Shown here one piece after another: positions 47,763 to 60,115 of a stretch of DNA of 64,000 nt. Below the pieces are notes generated by a model that searched no databases, was not told the origin of the DNA, and was given only the letters and a program-made list of their open reading frames with translations. A program made the translations under genes and the position numbers. How positions within the stretch are numbered: position 1 is the first letter of the stretch; every line of letters begins with the position of its first letter. Source of the stretch: Blastocladiella emersonii ATCC 22665 (Eukaryota; Fungi; Blastocladiomycota); NCBI GenBank assembly GCA_025594325.1, contig JANHCV010000004.1, forward strand, positions 992,001-1,056,000, in the 5' to 3' direction.

Positions 47763-49140
47763 ATGCTGTCGGCCACCGCCCGCCCCAACGCCCGCGTGTG
47801 CGTGTCCGCGTCGCCGCGCCGCCGCCGCCCGTCGTCCTGCTCGCGCGCCGCTGGACTCCTTCGGTGTCGGGAGGGCACACGTGCACGCGCGACACTCGAC
47901 CCTCCTCCTCCACATGCTGCACTGGCCGGCACCCCATGTATCGAGTGATCGACCCGCGCCGTGGTAGACCGCTCGCTCGTTGTGCCCCCGTCGTGGGGGA
48001 CGGCTGATCGACCACGATACCGTCGTCGGGATATTCCTCCTGGCACTCTGCTCGACCATGCGCCTACTCGTCGCCACGCACGACTTCGCCGATCAGCAAG
48101 GGGGAGGAGGAGAGGTGGTGTCGCGTGCCAGCGTACCCGACCTACCGAAAGCGCGCGAGCTCGACGACGGCGGCCTGTACTCGACCCGATGATCTCGCTT
48201 GCTGACCCCCACCCGCGCTCTGCGCGTCCGCCTCAACGTCCAGGGTGTCGCTCCTCCAGCAGCAGGCCACCATGGCCACGCTCAAGGAGAGTACGTATCG
48301 CTCGCCCTTGTCCGCCCACCAGACTGCCCGCTGACCTGTTTCGTGTCCACAGTCCAGATGCGCCTCAAGTCCATCACCAACATCGGCAAGATCACCAAGT
48401 CGATGAAGATGATTGCCTCGACCAAGATGACCCGCGCCCAGCGCGCCATGGACGCGGCCCGCATCAACGGCACCGCTGCCACGGCCCTGCTCAAGCACGC
48501 CGGCACCCAGCCCGCCGAGGGCCCCAACGGCGCCTTCATTGCCGTGTCCTCGGACCGTGGTCTGTGCGGCGGTATCCACTCGTCCATCACCAAGAACATC
48601 AAGCGCACCGTGGCCAAGGACGGGCCCGCTGAGCTCGTCGTCCTCGGCGACAAGTGCCGCAACCAGCTCGCCCGCGAGTTCCGCAACAACGTGCGCCTCA
48701 CCTACTCGCAGCTCGGCAAGACGGTGCCCTCGTTCCTCGAGGCCTCGCTCATTGCCGATGCTGTGCTCGCCGACAAGGACCTGGCCGCGCTCAAGACGGC
48801 CATCGTCTACAACAAGTTCATGACCGTCATCTCGTACGAGTCGACGCAGATGCCCGTGGTCTCGGCCGAGGCCCTCAAGGCGTCGCCCAAGCTCGCCGCC
48901 TACGAGACCGAGGGCGAGGTGCTCAAGGAGCTGCACCACTTCCTCTTCGCCACCTCCCTCCACTGGGCCATGAACGAGGGCCACGCGTCCGAGTTCTCGG
49001 CCCGCCGCGGCGCCATGGACAACGCCACCAAGAACGCCGGCGAGATGGTCGACCGCCTCACCCTCCTCTACAACCGTCAGCGCCAGGCCTCCATCACCAA
49101 CGACCTCGTCGACATTATCACCGGTGCCTCGGCCCTGTAA
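47763..49140 (+). CDS. ATP3: Mitochondrial F1 ATP synthase gamma subunit
   Basis: ATLKE|IQMRLKSITNIGKITKSMKMIASTK, SSDRGLCGGIHS, SARRGAMDNATKNAGEM, RQASITNDLVDIITGASAL. 446-nt intron 1 (47798-48243) plus a short intron 2. Confidence 0.97.
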
Positions 49141-49460
49141 AGTCGCTCTACTCTCACGCGCGGTTGGTCGTCGCTGGGGGTTGGTTCACCGTATCGTGGG
49201 CTGCCTTCGCGTCCTCTAATCCCTCTCTCTCCTCTACCCCACACCCCCCTCCCCCTCTACCCCTCGGTGGTGCGTGTCGCTTCGTGATGGCTGCTCTGCC
49301 TGGGATATACGCTGATTCCTTTTGATGCTCGGTTTGCCTTGTCAGGTCTCTCTCTCGTTTCTTCTCCTTACTCGTCGGAATACATGGCTCGCTCGCTGTA
49401 CGTTTGAATGAGAACCATCTCTCGCTATCCATTCCAAGTCTCTCCTCCCACTTCTCGCTA

Positions 49461-52400
49461 TCAAGACACGGTACACCACCCGTCGAGCATCCGCGCACAC
49501 GCGTTCCGCGCCTTCCCACCCGCGCTCTTGGGCGACGCGGGCGCCGACTTGACGCCGAGCTGCAGCCAGTGGTGCCCGCCGGGGACCGCGTCGTGGATGC
49601 GCCAGAACAGCGTCTGCTCGCCCTTGTAGTAGGCCCAGGTGCCGTCGCTGACCGACACCACGAGCGACTCGTACCCGTAGTGGTACTTGGGCACGTACAC
49701 GACCGTCTCGTAGCACTCCTCGGGCAGCTCCGTCGTCAGCCACTTGAAGTACGCGCCCGTCATGCCGTCCTTTTGCAGCTTCACCTTGTGCGTCGTGAAC
49801 TCGAGGCTACACACACGCGCGCGGGCGGGGTTAGTGACGGCGGGCGGAGAGACCGCGTAAAGCGTACCGGAAACTCAGTGTCTTGAGGTCAAACTCCATC
49901 TTGGTGGGCGTGCCCGCGACGCGCGCCGCGTACGGCCGGATCACGGCGTCGAGCACGCGCCCGCCCATGTGGTGCTGCAGGTCCTCGTTGAAGAAGAGCT
50001 CGGTGATGTCAAACGGCGTGTTGGGCGACACGGGGCTGCCCGCGCTCGCCGACAGGTCGCGGTCCTTGGGGATCGTGAGCAGCTTGGACCGCTCGCTCGG
50101 TCGCGCCATGGCGGACTCTTCGCCGCCGCTGCTGCTGCTTCCACTACTCGCGGCGACCGCGGACCCACCGCCACGGCGCTTCCCCGCGCTGGCGCCCGCT
50201 GCCGCGGCTGCCGACGCGACCTTGGGGTCGAGCGCAAACGCCTTGATCTTGTTCTTTCTGCGGTTGCGGCGCTCCTCGGACTTGAGGCTGTACTGGACGC
50301 CCTGGCGCGGCGAGAAGATGGAAAAGTCCTCGCCGTTCCAGTAGTCGCCGTGCGTGTTGTCGTTGCCCGGGTTGTAGTTCCACAGCGTGAAGTGGAGGAG
50401 GTTGGCCTCCATGGCGCTGATGACCGCGTCCAGGAAGTTGTTGTGGTGCGCGTAGTTGCCCGTGTCGAAGGCCGCGCGCCGGTTCAGGTCCATCGGGATC
50501 CCGCACTCGCCGATCACGCAGCTACGGAGGACGCGTAGGTGAGGGTGAGTGAAGGTGAGTGGAGGGAGGGTGTGGCGCAGCGGGTGCGATCGGCGGCGGG
50601 ATCGGATCAGCGAACTGATCGCGTCGACCCGAGCCGAGCCCCGCACGCGCGGCAAGCGAAAGAAAGGTCAACGTACGGCACGTTCCCGACGCGCTCCTTG
50701 CCCGTGGCGTGCAGCTTGCGGAGCTGGTTGGCGTAGTTGCGCTTGGCGCCCTGGAGGCCGAAATAGGTGGCGGCGATGAGGTTGCGCGAGACGCGCAGGG
50801 CGGGCACGTCGTGGGTGATGAACCCGTCGAAGGCCTTGGAGAAGACGGACTTGAGATCGTACCAGTGCGGCGCGTAGACGAGGTTGGGCACCTGCTGGGT
50901 GAAGACGGGCGGCAGCTCCTGCGGGATCGGCTCGGCGAGGATCAGCGCGTCCGGGAACGCCTGCTGGATCGCCACAGCGTACATGTTAATGAAGGGGAGG
51001 TAGAAGTCCTGGTTGAAGTCGACGGCTTGCTTGGTCCTCGGGTGTTTCGTGAAGTAGTCGGGCTTGAGCACCTCTGGCGGCTGCCCCGCGTACTCCTCCG
51101 GGTCCGGGAACGCGTACACGCCCTCCTCGAGCCACGGACACGTGTACCCGGGCAGCCACACCCGCACGCCCTCGGCGTTGAGCACCCGCGTCGAGTGTTT
51201 CCGGCTCGGGATCGGCCACGACTTGACCCACACCTCCACCTCCTGCTCGAGCCCGAGACCGAGGCAGAACGACTGCAGCGCCGACGGGTTGTCGCCCAGC
51301 AGCAGCGCCTCCATCGGGTCGAACCGCTCCAGGCTGTGCAGCCCGACGTAGCCCTGGTGCGGCTCGTTCATGACTAGAATCGCGCGGGTGGGGCGACGGG
51401 TTAGACGGCAACGGCGGGGTGAGCGCGGCAGGGTAGAGCGTACCCTCGAACCCGAGCACGGCGTCGAGATGGCGCACGCGCGCGGCGAGGTGGCGGTAGG
51501 CGGCAAAGTAGTGTCGCTGGAGGTAGTGCTGGATGTTCTCGCCGTCGATGCACCGGTTGGGGGCGAAGGTGGCGCCGGCAAAGAAGAGCGTGAACATGGT
51601 CGCGGACGCGAGCTTGGTGTAGTTGGTCGGCCACAGCATCGGCTGGTGCGGAAGGTCGCCGTGAGTCTCTACACGTTCGCGAGGATGGATGGGTGAGACG
51701 GCGCGGTGAGACGGATACCCAAAAACCGCGTACTCGACGCGTCGGCCTTGGCGTTGGGCGTGTAGACGCCGGTGACGGGGTCGACGGTGCAGTCGCAGTG
51801 TCCGGCGACGTGGGCGTTGTGGACGTGAGCGGCGCCCGTGGCCTTGAACTTGCGGATGTCGAGGCCGGCGACCTCAAAGGTCCAGCCGGGCGCGCCGGAC
51901 CCGCCCGAGAAGCGCGACCACACGTCCTGGTGCGGGTCAATGAAGCACCGGATGCCGTACTTGGGCATGAGCTCGCACAGCTTGATCAGGTAGTCGATGT
52001 AGGCCTCGTCGTAGATGCCCGGGCCGGCGTGCTCGAGGGCCTCCCACGGGACGAGCAGGCGGACAAAGGTCTAGAGTCGCGGCGGGCGAGGGTTAGGGCG
52101 GCGGGTCGAGGTCGAGAGGTCGCGCACGCGTACCAGACCCCAGTGGCTCAGGCGCGAAAAGTGCTCGTGCGCGTCCTCGAGCGGGAGCGGGCGGCCGATG
52201 AACGACACGTTGCGGGTGTCGTAGAACTCGGGGTGCTCCGGGTTATCGGCGTGCGGCGTGGTCGGCAGCTTGGAGCTGCCGCACAGGTTGACGCCGCGCA
52301 GCTGCAGCGTGCGGCCGAAGGCGTCGCGGATCGTCGGCCCGTCGACGTACACGCCGCCGCCCGCAAACCAGTCCTGCGCGGGCGCGCGCGACGTCGGATG

Positions 52401-52949
52401 GAACTCTTCTTCTGCCGCGAGATCCTCGCCCGAGCTGCCGCCGGCCTCGAGGCTGTCGAGCGTGCCGCTGTGCCCGCTGGCGTCGCGCGTGCCCGACCGC
52501 GACCGCGAGATCGACGAGAAGGAGGCCGCGCGGCGGTGCTTGTCGCGCACGATCGGCGTCGACGAGTGCACGAGGCGGCGCGCGGTCGGCGACCCGTGCG
52601 TGCTCGCAGGGGCGGGGTCGCTGGCGGCAGGACTTCCGTCGGCGGCGAGCAGCGGGGCCGAGGCGTCGCCGAACACGGGCAGCGCATCGGTCGAGTCCGA
52701 TCCCGCGCCCACGGCAGCGCGAGGGACGGCGCGGCGTGCGGGCGAGCTGTGTGCGCTGCTCGCGGACGAAGAGTGGGTGGTGGTGGGCCCGCGGCCCGAC
52801 TTGGTCGGCGACAGGTGCGCGAGCGGGCTGCGCCGCGCGTCCGACGTCGACTTGGACCGCTTGTGCCGGCGCCGCGCCGTGTTCCCGGTGCCGCTCCCGC
52901 TGCCAGAGACAGCGGCGGGCACGCCCAGGGCGTCCTTGCTCGATGACAT
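49461..52949 (-). CDS. GH5 endoglycoceramidase-related protein (EGCrP; glucosylceramidase/steryl-glucosidase type)
   Basis: DAFGR..LRGVNL.GSSKLP, LVPWEALEHAGPGIYD, IDPHQDVWSRFSGGSGAPGWT, WPTNY, catalytic MNEP and IGECGIP, LWNYNP..GDYWNGEDFSIFS. Confidence 0.92.
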
Positions 52950-53288
52950 GTGCAGAAGAGTGGGTGTGTGTGATACGTCGTGTGAGCGAGCAGGGGAGAG
53001 TGGATGCAACGGGGCGCGAATCGAAAGGCGCGAGCGCGAAGCAAAGCAAAGAAGTGTCTCCCCCGCACTTGCCTGTTGCGCGCAACCGCGTGCCTCGCGC
53101 CTCGCTTCGCGCAGCCCAAACGCGTCCCACGCGCGTGCCGCCCCCCCGCGTGATGCGTCACGGGACGCTGCAGTTCGCCCCTTTCGCTGCTCGCTCGCTT
53201 CCCCTTCGCGCCGCGCCGATCTCTTCTCGGGAAGCTCACCAGGAACGTCCCCTTGCCGGGACTCTATGCAACTGCTCTGAACCGAGCC

Positions 53289-54800
53289 ATGGAAGCCGAA
53301 TCCGCGCCCGCGTCGCCACCACGCGTGCCCATGGCGCCGCTCACGCCCTCGTCGGTCCCGCTCGCGCTGCCCGCGCACGCCGAGGACTCGCACGCCGCTG
53401 AGGGCGATGCTGCTGCTGCACCTGAAGAGACCAAGGAGCAGGGTAGCGTGCAGCTCGCTATGCCGTCGCCGCGTTCGCCCGCCCGCCGCTGACGCGCAAC
53501 GGCAACCACTCGTAGACGCCAACAAGGAGCTGCCCAAGCTCGTCTTTGGCAAGCGCGGCCGCCCCTTCATGATCCAGCCCGACGAGAACCCGCCCTGCAA
53601 CACGCTGTACATTCGCAACCTTCCCGAGCGCAAGGGCCACACCAGTACGCGCGCGTGCTCGCCACTTCCATCCCGCATCCCCCGCTCACCCTCTGCACCG
53701 CCATGTAGCGATCCGCCGCTACCTCCTCCGCCTGTTCGAGCAGTTCGGCTACGTGCTCGACGTGCGGTGCAACTGCGGCATCGCCAAGCGCGGCCAGGCC
53801 TGGGTCATCTTCAAGCGCCTGCCCGACGCCGTCCTCGCCTACAAGGAGATGCAGGACCACATGTTACTCGGCCGCCCCATGATCATCCACTACGCCAAGA
53901 TGAAGAGCAAGGCCATTGCCGAGGAGGACGGTTCGATTGACGAGTACGAGGCCGAGCACGCCAAGCGCTTCGGTACGCTTTCCCCTCGCTCCATCTCGGT
54001 CAACCGTGAACTGACCGCGTGCCCCGAGAACAGAATCCCGCCCGCAGGAACTCGTCGACCGCCGCGCGCGCCGCGCCCGCGAGGCCGTCACCGTGCCCGC
54101 GCCCGGTACCTTCCTCGCCCCAGGCCTCCCGCCCGGCGTCACCCCGAACTTCGGCATCCCGCCGCCCGGGATGCCCGGCATGCCCGGCATGCCCTTCATG
54201 CGCCCGCCGCCCGGCCTCCCACCACTCGGCCCCGACATGCTCCCACCCGGCATGCCCGCGCTCCCGCCCGGCGCCAACCCCGCGGCTGCCGCGGCCGCTG
54301 CGGCCGCTGCTGCTGCTGCCGCCATGGCCGCCGGCGCACCGCTCCCGCCAGGTATGCCCCCGCTCCCGCCCGGCATGCGCCCGCCGGGTATGCCGCCCAT
54401 GCCGCCTGGCGGGATCCCGCCGCCGCCCCCGGGGCTCGGCGCGTTCGGCCCACCGCCGCCAGGTCTCCCGGGCATGCCGCCGATGCCGCCGCTTGGTGCG
54501 CCGCCGGGCATGATCCCGCCGCCGCCCGCCATGTTCATCCCGGCGGCCGGCGGCGCCGACGCGGGCCTGCCGAACCCGACGCTGTTCGTGTCGGGCCTGC
54601 CGACGGGCACCGACGAGGCCGCGGTGCGCGCGGTGTTCGACAAGTTCGCCGGGTTCAAGGAGGTGCGCATGATCCCCGCCCGTGGGATCGCCTTCATCGA
54701 CTACACGGACAGCGGCGCGTCGGCTGAGGCGCGCCGCGCGACGGACGGGGCTAAGTTTCTGGGGTCTGAGGCGGTGATCAAGGTGACGTTCCGCAAGTAG
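53289..54800 (+). CDS. U1A/U2B''/SNF-family two-RRM snRNP protein (divergent)
   Basis: RRM1 PCNTLYIRNL..RGQAWVIF..GRPMIIHYAK, Pro/Met/Gly-rich linker, RRM2 PNPTLFVSGLP..FKEVRMIPARGIAFIDY..IKVTFRK. Confidence 0.85.
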
Positions 54801-54930
54801 TAGGATTTGGATATATTGATCGGTGCTCGTTCGCTCGTTTTTGGATTGATTTACATTTGATGGGTGCGCGGGTCGGGGAGAAAAGGTAGCTCGATGGTAT
54901 GCGAACAACACGCGCCGCGCCGTGCGATCT

Positions 54931-56900
54931 CTACAGGTCATCCACGATCTCCTCCTCGTCCTCCTCGTCGGCGGGGAGCGCCAGCCGACGGGCGACCATC
55001 TCCACGAGCCGCGCGCACGCGTCGCCCTGCGTGGCCCCGCGCGCACCGACCCCGCCGAGCCGCGCGACGTGCTCGCCGCTGCCGTCACCCGCCGCGCGCG
55101 CGTCGAACGGCAGGTTGAGGTAGAACGCCATCCCCTGCAAGAACGCGTGCGGCGACGCGGGGAGCGGCGGGTGGCCGGCCTCGGGCGCGGGCGGCGCATG
55201 CGGCACCGCCGCGGCGTGGCGGTACGGCGGCTGCACGTGCACAATGTCGAGTGCGTCGCCCGTGGTCGTCACCGACGTGGTCGCCGACTCGAGCGAGGCG
55301 TTCGACAGGTCGACTAGGACGCCCGTCAGGTCGTCGTCGTCGGCGGGATCGGTGTCGGGCACGCTGGCGAGGTCGCTCGCTTCCTCGTCCATGTCCATTT
55401 CGGCGTCGCTTTCAAAGTTGTTCTCCTCGTACTCGTCGTCGTCATCGTCGTCGTACGCGTCCGTGGCGGGCGTGAGGCGCACCGAGGCCGCGTCCGAGTT
55501 GGGCTGCTGCGGCGCGAGCTGCTGCGGCTGAAGCTGCTGGGACGCGCCGCTGCCGACACCGTTGAGCGCGTCGAGCGCGAGCGCGGCGGCGTCGGCCTTG
55601 GCGGCCTTCTTGCTCGAGTGCGCGCCCGTGCGCAGCTCGAGGTTGGCCTCGGGGATCGTTACGGTGCACGAAAAGCCGTTCTTGGTGGAGTGGTACGTGT
55701 ATGTGACGGGCTCCCACTTGTTGTCTACACACGGACGCGAATCGAAAGTGAGCGATATAACGACAACGCGTCGAGTGGCGACAACGCTTCGAGCGACCAA
55801 ACCGTACCCTGGGTCAACGAGTTGAGCATCGCGACGGGATTCTGCACCTCGTTCGCCGCCGCCGCCGCCGCCCCCGCACTCGCGTCCGCAGGCGCGACAG
55901 ACGTGTCGTACCCGGCCCACTGCGCGAGCCAGACAGCGGCGGCCTCGTGCTTGGCGTCGCGCTTGTTCGGGTGCGGGCGCGACCGGGCCGTGGTCTGGCC
56001 GACGGTCAGCGTGCACACGAACTGCGGCGGCAGCCCGTGCTTGCCGGGGGCGGTCGTCGCGTAGTGGTAGTTGGGCATGTCCGGGACGTGCGCGGCCTGC
56101 AGGTGCTGCAGGTGCGCCGAGACCCAGTCGGCGGACAGGTCGACGGCAGCCGCGGTGGTGGGGGCGGCGGTCGGGTGCGGGTGCGCGACGGGCGCCATGG
56201 CGGGCGGCGGGTAGTGGTGCATCATCGGCGCACCGGCGGCGCCGTACGCGGCCGGCGGCGGCATGTGGTCGTTGGCGCCGTACACCGGCGGCGGGATGTA
56301 CACGGCCTGGTGGTACGGGTTGTAGTTTGCCCACGGCAGCATGCCGGGAGCCATGGGCGCAGGTGGATGGGCGACGGCTGGCGCAGCGGGGGTCGCGGGA
56401 CGCGACGCGGGGGCGGGCTGCTGCTGAGCGGGTGCGGGTGCAGCGTTACCGCCGCCCGGCCGCCACGCGGGCGCGTTGACGTTGAACGGGCGGTCGGGCA
56501 CGCGCGAGGCGTTGGGCGCCAGCGCGGTGCGCGGTCCCCCACCACGGCCTGCGTTCCCGCCCGCGCGGTCACGGTCGCGGTGCTGGTCCGCGTCGGCGCG
56601 ATGGACCGCGCGCGGGCTCTTGCTGCGCGACGGCTCGGGCGGGTGCTGCTGCTGCTGCCGTTGCGGGATCGGTTTGTGGTGCTGCGGCCGGTGCTCGTGC
56701 TCGCGCTGGTTCTCGGCCATCATCGAGTCCTCGACGTCGGCGCCGTCGGTGGCGGTAGCCTTGTTGCGGTGGTTGCTGTGCCGGTGCGAGTGCGAGCGAC
56801 CACGACGGCCACCTCCCCCACCGCCGCCTCGGCCGCCGCCACCACCACCGCCGCCGCCGTCGTTGCGCGCCGCGTTCTGGCGCTTGCCCTTCGGGTTCAT
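54931..56900 (-). CDS. Double-stranded-RNA-binding-domain protein (2 clear + 1 degenerate dsRBD, no catalytic domain seen)
   Basis: dsRBD1 ..PNYHY..PQFVCTLTVG..PNKRDAKHEAAAVWL. dsRBD2 NPVAMLNSLTQ|DNKWEPVTYTY..GFSCTVTI..SSKKAAKADAAALAL (intron 55807-55725). Third SPHAFLQ..-like unit. Gly/Arg- and Gln/Pro-rich N-terminus. Confidence 0.85.
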
Positions 56901-57644
56901 TGCAGGATGTTTGGTTCGGTTCGTGATCGTAAGCGGTTTGTGGGAGGGGCGCGAAGGCGACGCGATCGGCGCGGTCGCCGCTGGACACGCTCTGGCCACC
57001 GCGGTCGAGTCACCTGACGGGCGCCGGTCCTCTGCCGCTGGGCGTGCTGCGCCACGCACGCCGCCCCCGCTGCACCGCCACTCTCGCCCTCTCTCTCTCT
57101 CCTTCCTCCTCACCCTCCCGGTGGTTTACCGCTACCAAGCGGGCTATCGCTTATCAGCCAGCGGCCGGCCCCGTGGCCGCGATCCGCGATCCTCGAGGGA
57201 GACAAGGAGGGAGCGAAGAGCTCGCGCCCCCAACGGTCGGGATACGTGTCATCATCATCACGCGGCTGTAAGCAAGTGGCGGAATTCGAGGCGCGGCACA
57301 GCACGGGCAATCCACGCGGCCGCTGCGCGGTTTTCCTGCAACAAGCAACGCTAGCGTCCGAGACCCGCCGGCTCGCGGAACTGCAGCATGGGGCCGATGG
57401 CCACGGCTCTCGATGACGTCGAAGGCGCCCGCCCTTTACGCCCGCGTGTGTGTAACGTACCGCGCGGCGGGCGTCGGGTTCAGCGCCCCCCGCGTTAGCG
57501 TTTCTTTGCGGCCCTTGTTCTCGCGGCCAAGCCTCGCGCCGGCGCCGCGGGCGTCAGCGTCGCGTTGTCTGTCTTCCTGCTTCCACTGCATGGATCGGCC
57601 GGGCTTCTTCTCCCGCATGCACCGAATTCTCTCACGTATCTGCT

Positions 57645-58925
57645 ATGAGTACCAACACGACCACGCCGCCCACCACGATCAGCAGCGCAACAGCGGCGGG
57701 AGACCCGCTCGCGCACTTCGCGTCCGTCGTGTCCGAGCTGCAATCCGCGACGCGAGCCCTGACCGCGCGCGTCGACGCCCTCGATACGAGGGACGAGTCC
57801 ACGGACGTGTTTGCGGCGCAGTCGCGTGTCTTTGAAGCGCAGGCGCGCGCATTCGACAGCCAGGCGCGCGCGCTGCAGTGCATGGCCGCGACGTTTGACC
57901 GTATCGCGGCCGCGCTCGGACACGTCGCGCCACCAGTACCGGCCGAGCCGGCTGCAGAGCTGCCGCCGACGCCGATGCTGAGCACCGCGTCGTCGAGCGC
58001 ATCAGACCTCGTCGCGGCACTGCGTCAACCAGCAGCGGTCGTGGCCGCCGCTGCTGCGCCTCATCCGCCACTTCCGCCGCCACCTCATCCGGTCGCGCTG
58101 CAACGCCCGACGCTGTCAGCGTCGTCGTCAATCCCCATTGCCTCACTCCTCGACGCCGAGTCGCACTCGGCAGTCGCGGCCGACGCGGCGCTGGCGCCCG
58201 TACGGAAACGGAGCCGTACGCCGATGGTCCTCGCGCACCCTCCTCCCCCGAGTTCCGCGGCGGCTGCGAGCGGCGACGAGTCGGCCGCGTCGTCGACGCC
58301 CGTCATCCAGCAGGGCGAGCAAGTCAAGCAGCGCGAGCGGAGCGGCGAGATCGAGGTACGTTGTGGTTGCTATGAAGCTGATGCGTCCGCACCCTCACGG
58401 TCCGAGCTGATGTAGCGACTGATCCGCGTGCACCGGAACCAGTGGCTACTGTCGAGCGCGAACGCGATCCTCGCCGAGCACCGCGCCGCGTACGACCGCG
58501 CCGCCGCCGCCTCCTCCTCATCCACTGCGCCACCACCAGAAGCGTACGCCGCGCCGTCGACCGACAACCTCGCATCGACGCTGGTGACGCGCAAGCGCGA
58601 GTGCATCGAGGCCGCGGTGCGCGGTGTGCTCGCGGAGCGCGGGCGCGACGCGTTCGAGGTCGATGGCGTCGTGTGGGACGAGGATGCGGTGCTCCGCAAG
58701 GCGACACGCACCATCAACGGGTTTTTCACCGACGGCCGCCGGTTCGGCGTCAACCGCGTCCTCGACGGCCTGCTCGCCGGCGACGAGCAGTTTCTCTCAG
58801 GCAACGCCATCAAGCGCGACCGCACCACGTCCGGCGCGAGCGGCGGAGCCGGCGGGTACTCGGGCGACGAGCAAGGAAGCGCGGCGACGGGGCCCAAGGC
58901 GGCGAAGCGAGCGAGGAAAGCTTGA
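57645..58925 (+). CDS. Hypothetical protein (coiled-coil N-terminus, low-complexity middle)
   Basis: Exon 57645-58354, GTACGT..TAG intron, in-frame exon to TGA ~58925. High GC3. Confidence 0.7.
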
Positions 58926-59314
58926 CGATTCGAATGCAACGACTCCATTTTTGACTTTCCCTGCGCTCGCCGTTCGGCATGGCGTGGCATGGCGAGTTGC
59001 CACGCGCCACCCCCGCACCTACAGCGAAAAGTGTCTCATGTCTCGCACTTCGGTAACGTGACGCGCGCGTGCGTGCCGGACCGCGCGCGCCCCGCACGTG
59101 TCTCACCTGAGCGATCACCCCCCGTCATTTTCTGTACTGCAGGGCGGTGGTCGGCACGAGCAGCCGGAGGCCGGAGGGAGGGAGTCCCTGCTTCAGCTCC
59201 CTCACTCTTCCGCGATTGCTCCCGTCCCTGGCCTTATCTTCATCGACGTCGCTGCGGCCCTGCCTCACCACCGCACGCACGAACGACCACAACCACCAAA
59301 TCCGAACCACCACC

Positions 59315-59845
59315 ATGAGCTTCATCTCGTCGTCGTGCTACCACTACCAGACGCAGGGCCCGTTCCACCTCTACGACATGAACCGCCCGGGCAAGCGCAA
59401 GGCCGACGTGCGCGACGCCGGGTCCTCGTCGCCTTCCCCGTCGCCGTCGTGGCACGAGGAGCACGCCGCGGCCGTGCGGCCCAAGCGCGCCAACCGCGCC
59501 GCGCACCGGCCCGCGGTCCTCGTCGCCGACCAGTCCATCAACTCGCTCGCCGCCTCCACCGCGCCCGTCGACCCGAACGAGGGTTGCGGCTCGCTCAACG
59601 CCGGCGTCACGGGCGAGTCCGAGGTCGCCGCCGTCGGCAGCGTCAAGTCGTGGTTCCCGACACCGCCGCACCCGACCATCACGCCCGCGACGCGGTATGC
59701 GCGCACGCCCGCGTGGGCCGAGGACCTGATTGGGTGGAGCCAGCCGCACACAGGGAACGCTGACGGCGAGGACGTCGCCATGGCCGTCGAGCCCGCCGTG
59801 TCGTGCAGCAGCAGCAGTAGCGACGACATGGACCTGTCCGACTAG
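59315..59845 (+). CDS. Hypothetical small protein
   Basis: ATG in a CACCATG context after a CCA-rich leader; strong codon bias; TAG at 59843-59845. Confidence 0.6.
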   Translation: MSFISSSCYHYQTQGPFHLYDMNRPGKRKADVRDAGSSSPSPSPSWHEEHAAAVRPKRANRAAHRPAVLVADQSINSLAASTAPVDPNEGCGSLNAGVTGESEVAAVGSVKSWFPTPPHPTITPATRYARTPAWAEDLIGWSQPHTGNADGEDVAMAVEPAVSCSSSSSDDMDLSD

Positions 59846-60115
59846 CTTGCATGAGCTCCCCGTCGTCTCCTCCCCCTCTTGTACAGCCTACCCTCTCTCC
59901 TCCCGCTCGATGGCGAGCGACGTTCGGTCGTCGGCCGTATCGTCGAGTTTCACCCTTATCCGTCCCCTTCTCCTTTTCCTCGTTTGCATCGTGTGTTTCG
60001 GCCGCGCGTCTCGGCCTCGCTTCTCTCCTCTCTCCTCTCTCCCTCTCCCTCTGCGTGCCTAAATAACAACTAGTTTTCTAAACCGGCCTCGAATTCGCTC
60101 ATGGGAGTGAGTGAG

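Noticed and set aside
48100-48145. TPP riboswitch in the ATP3 intron (TGCCAGCGTA resembles the aptamer 3' end)
   Set aside because: The CUGAGA and ACCUGAU core elements are absent at the required spacing, and the gene is unrelated to thiamine.
1-54800. Functional cluster of snRNP genes (PRP28, PRP3, U1A-like)
   Set aside because: Spread over 55 kb among unrelated housekeeping genes; compatible with chance.
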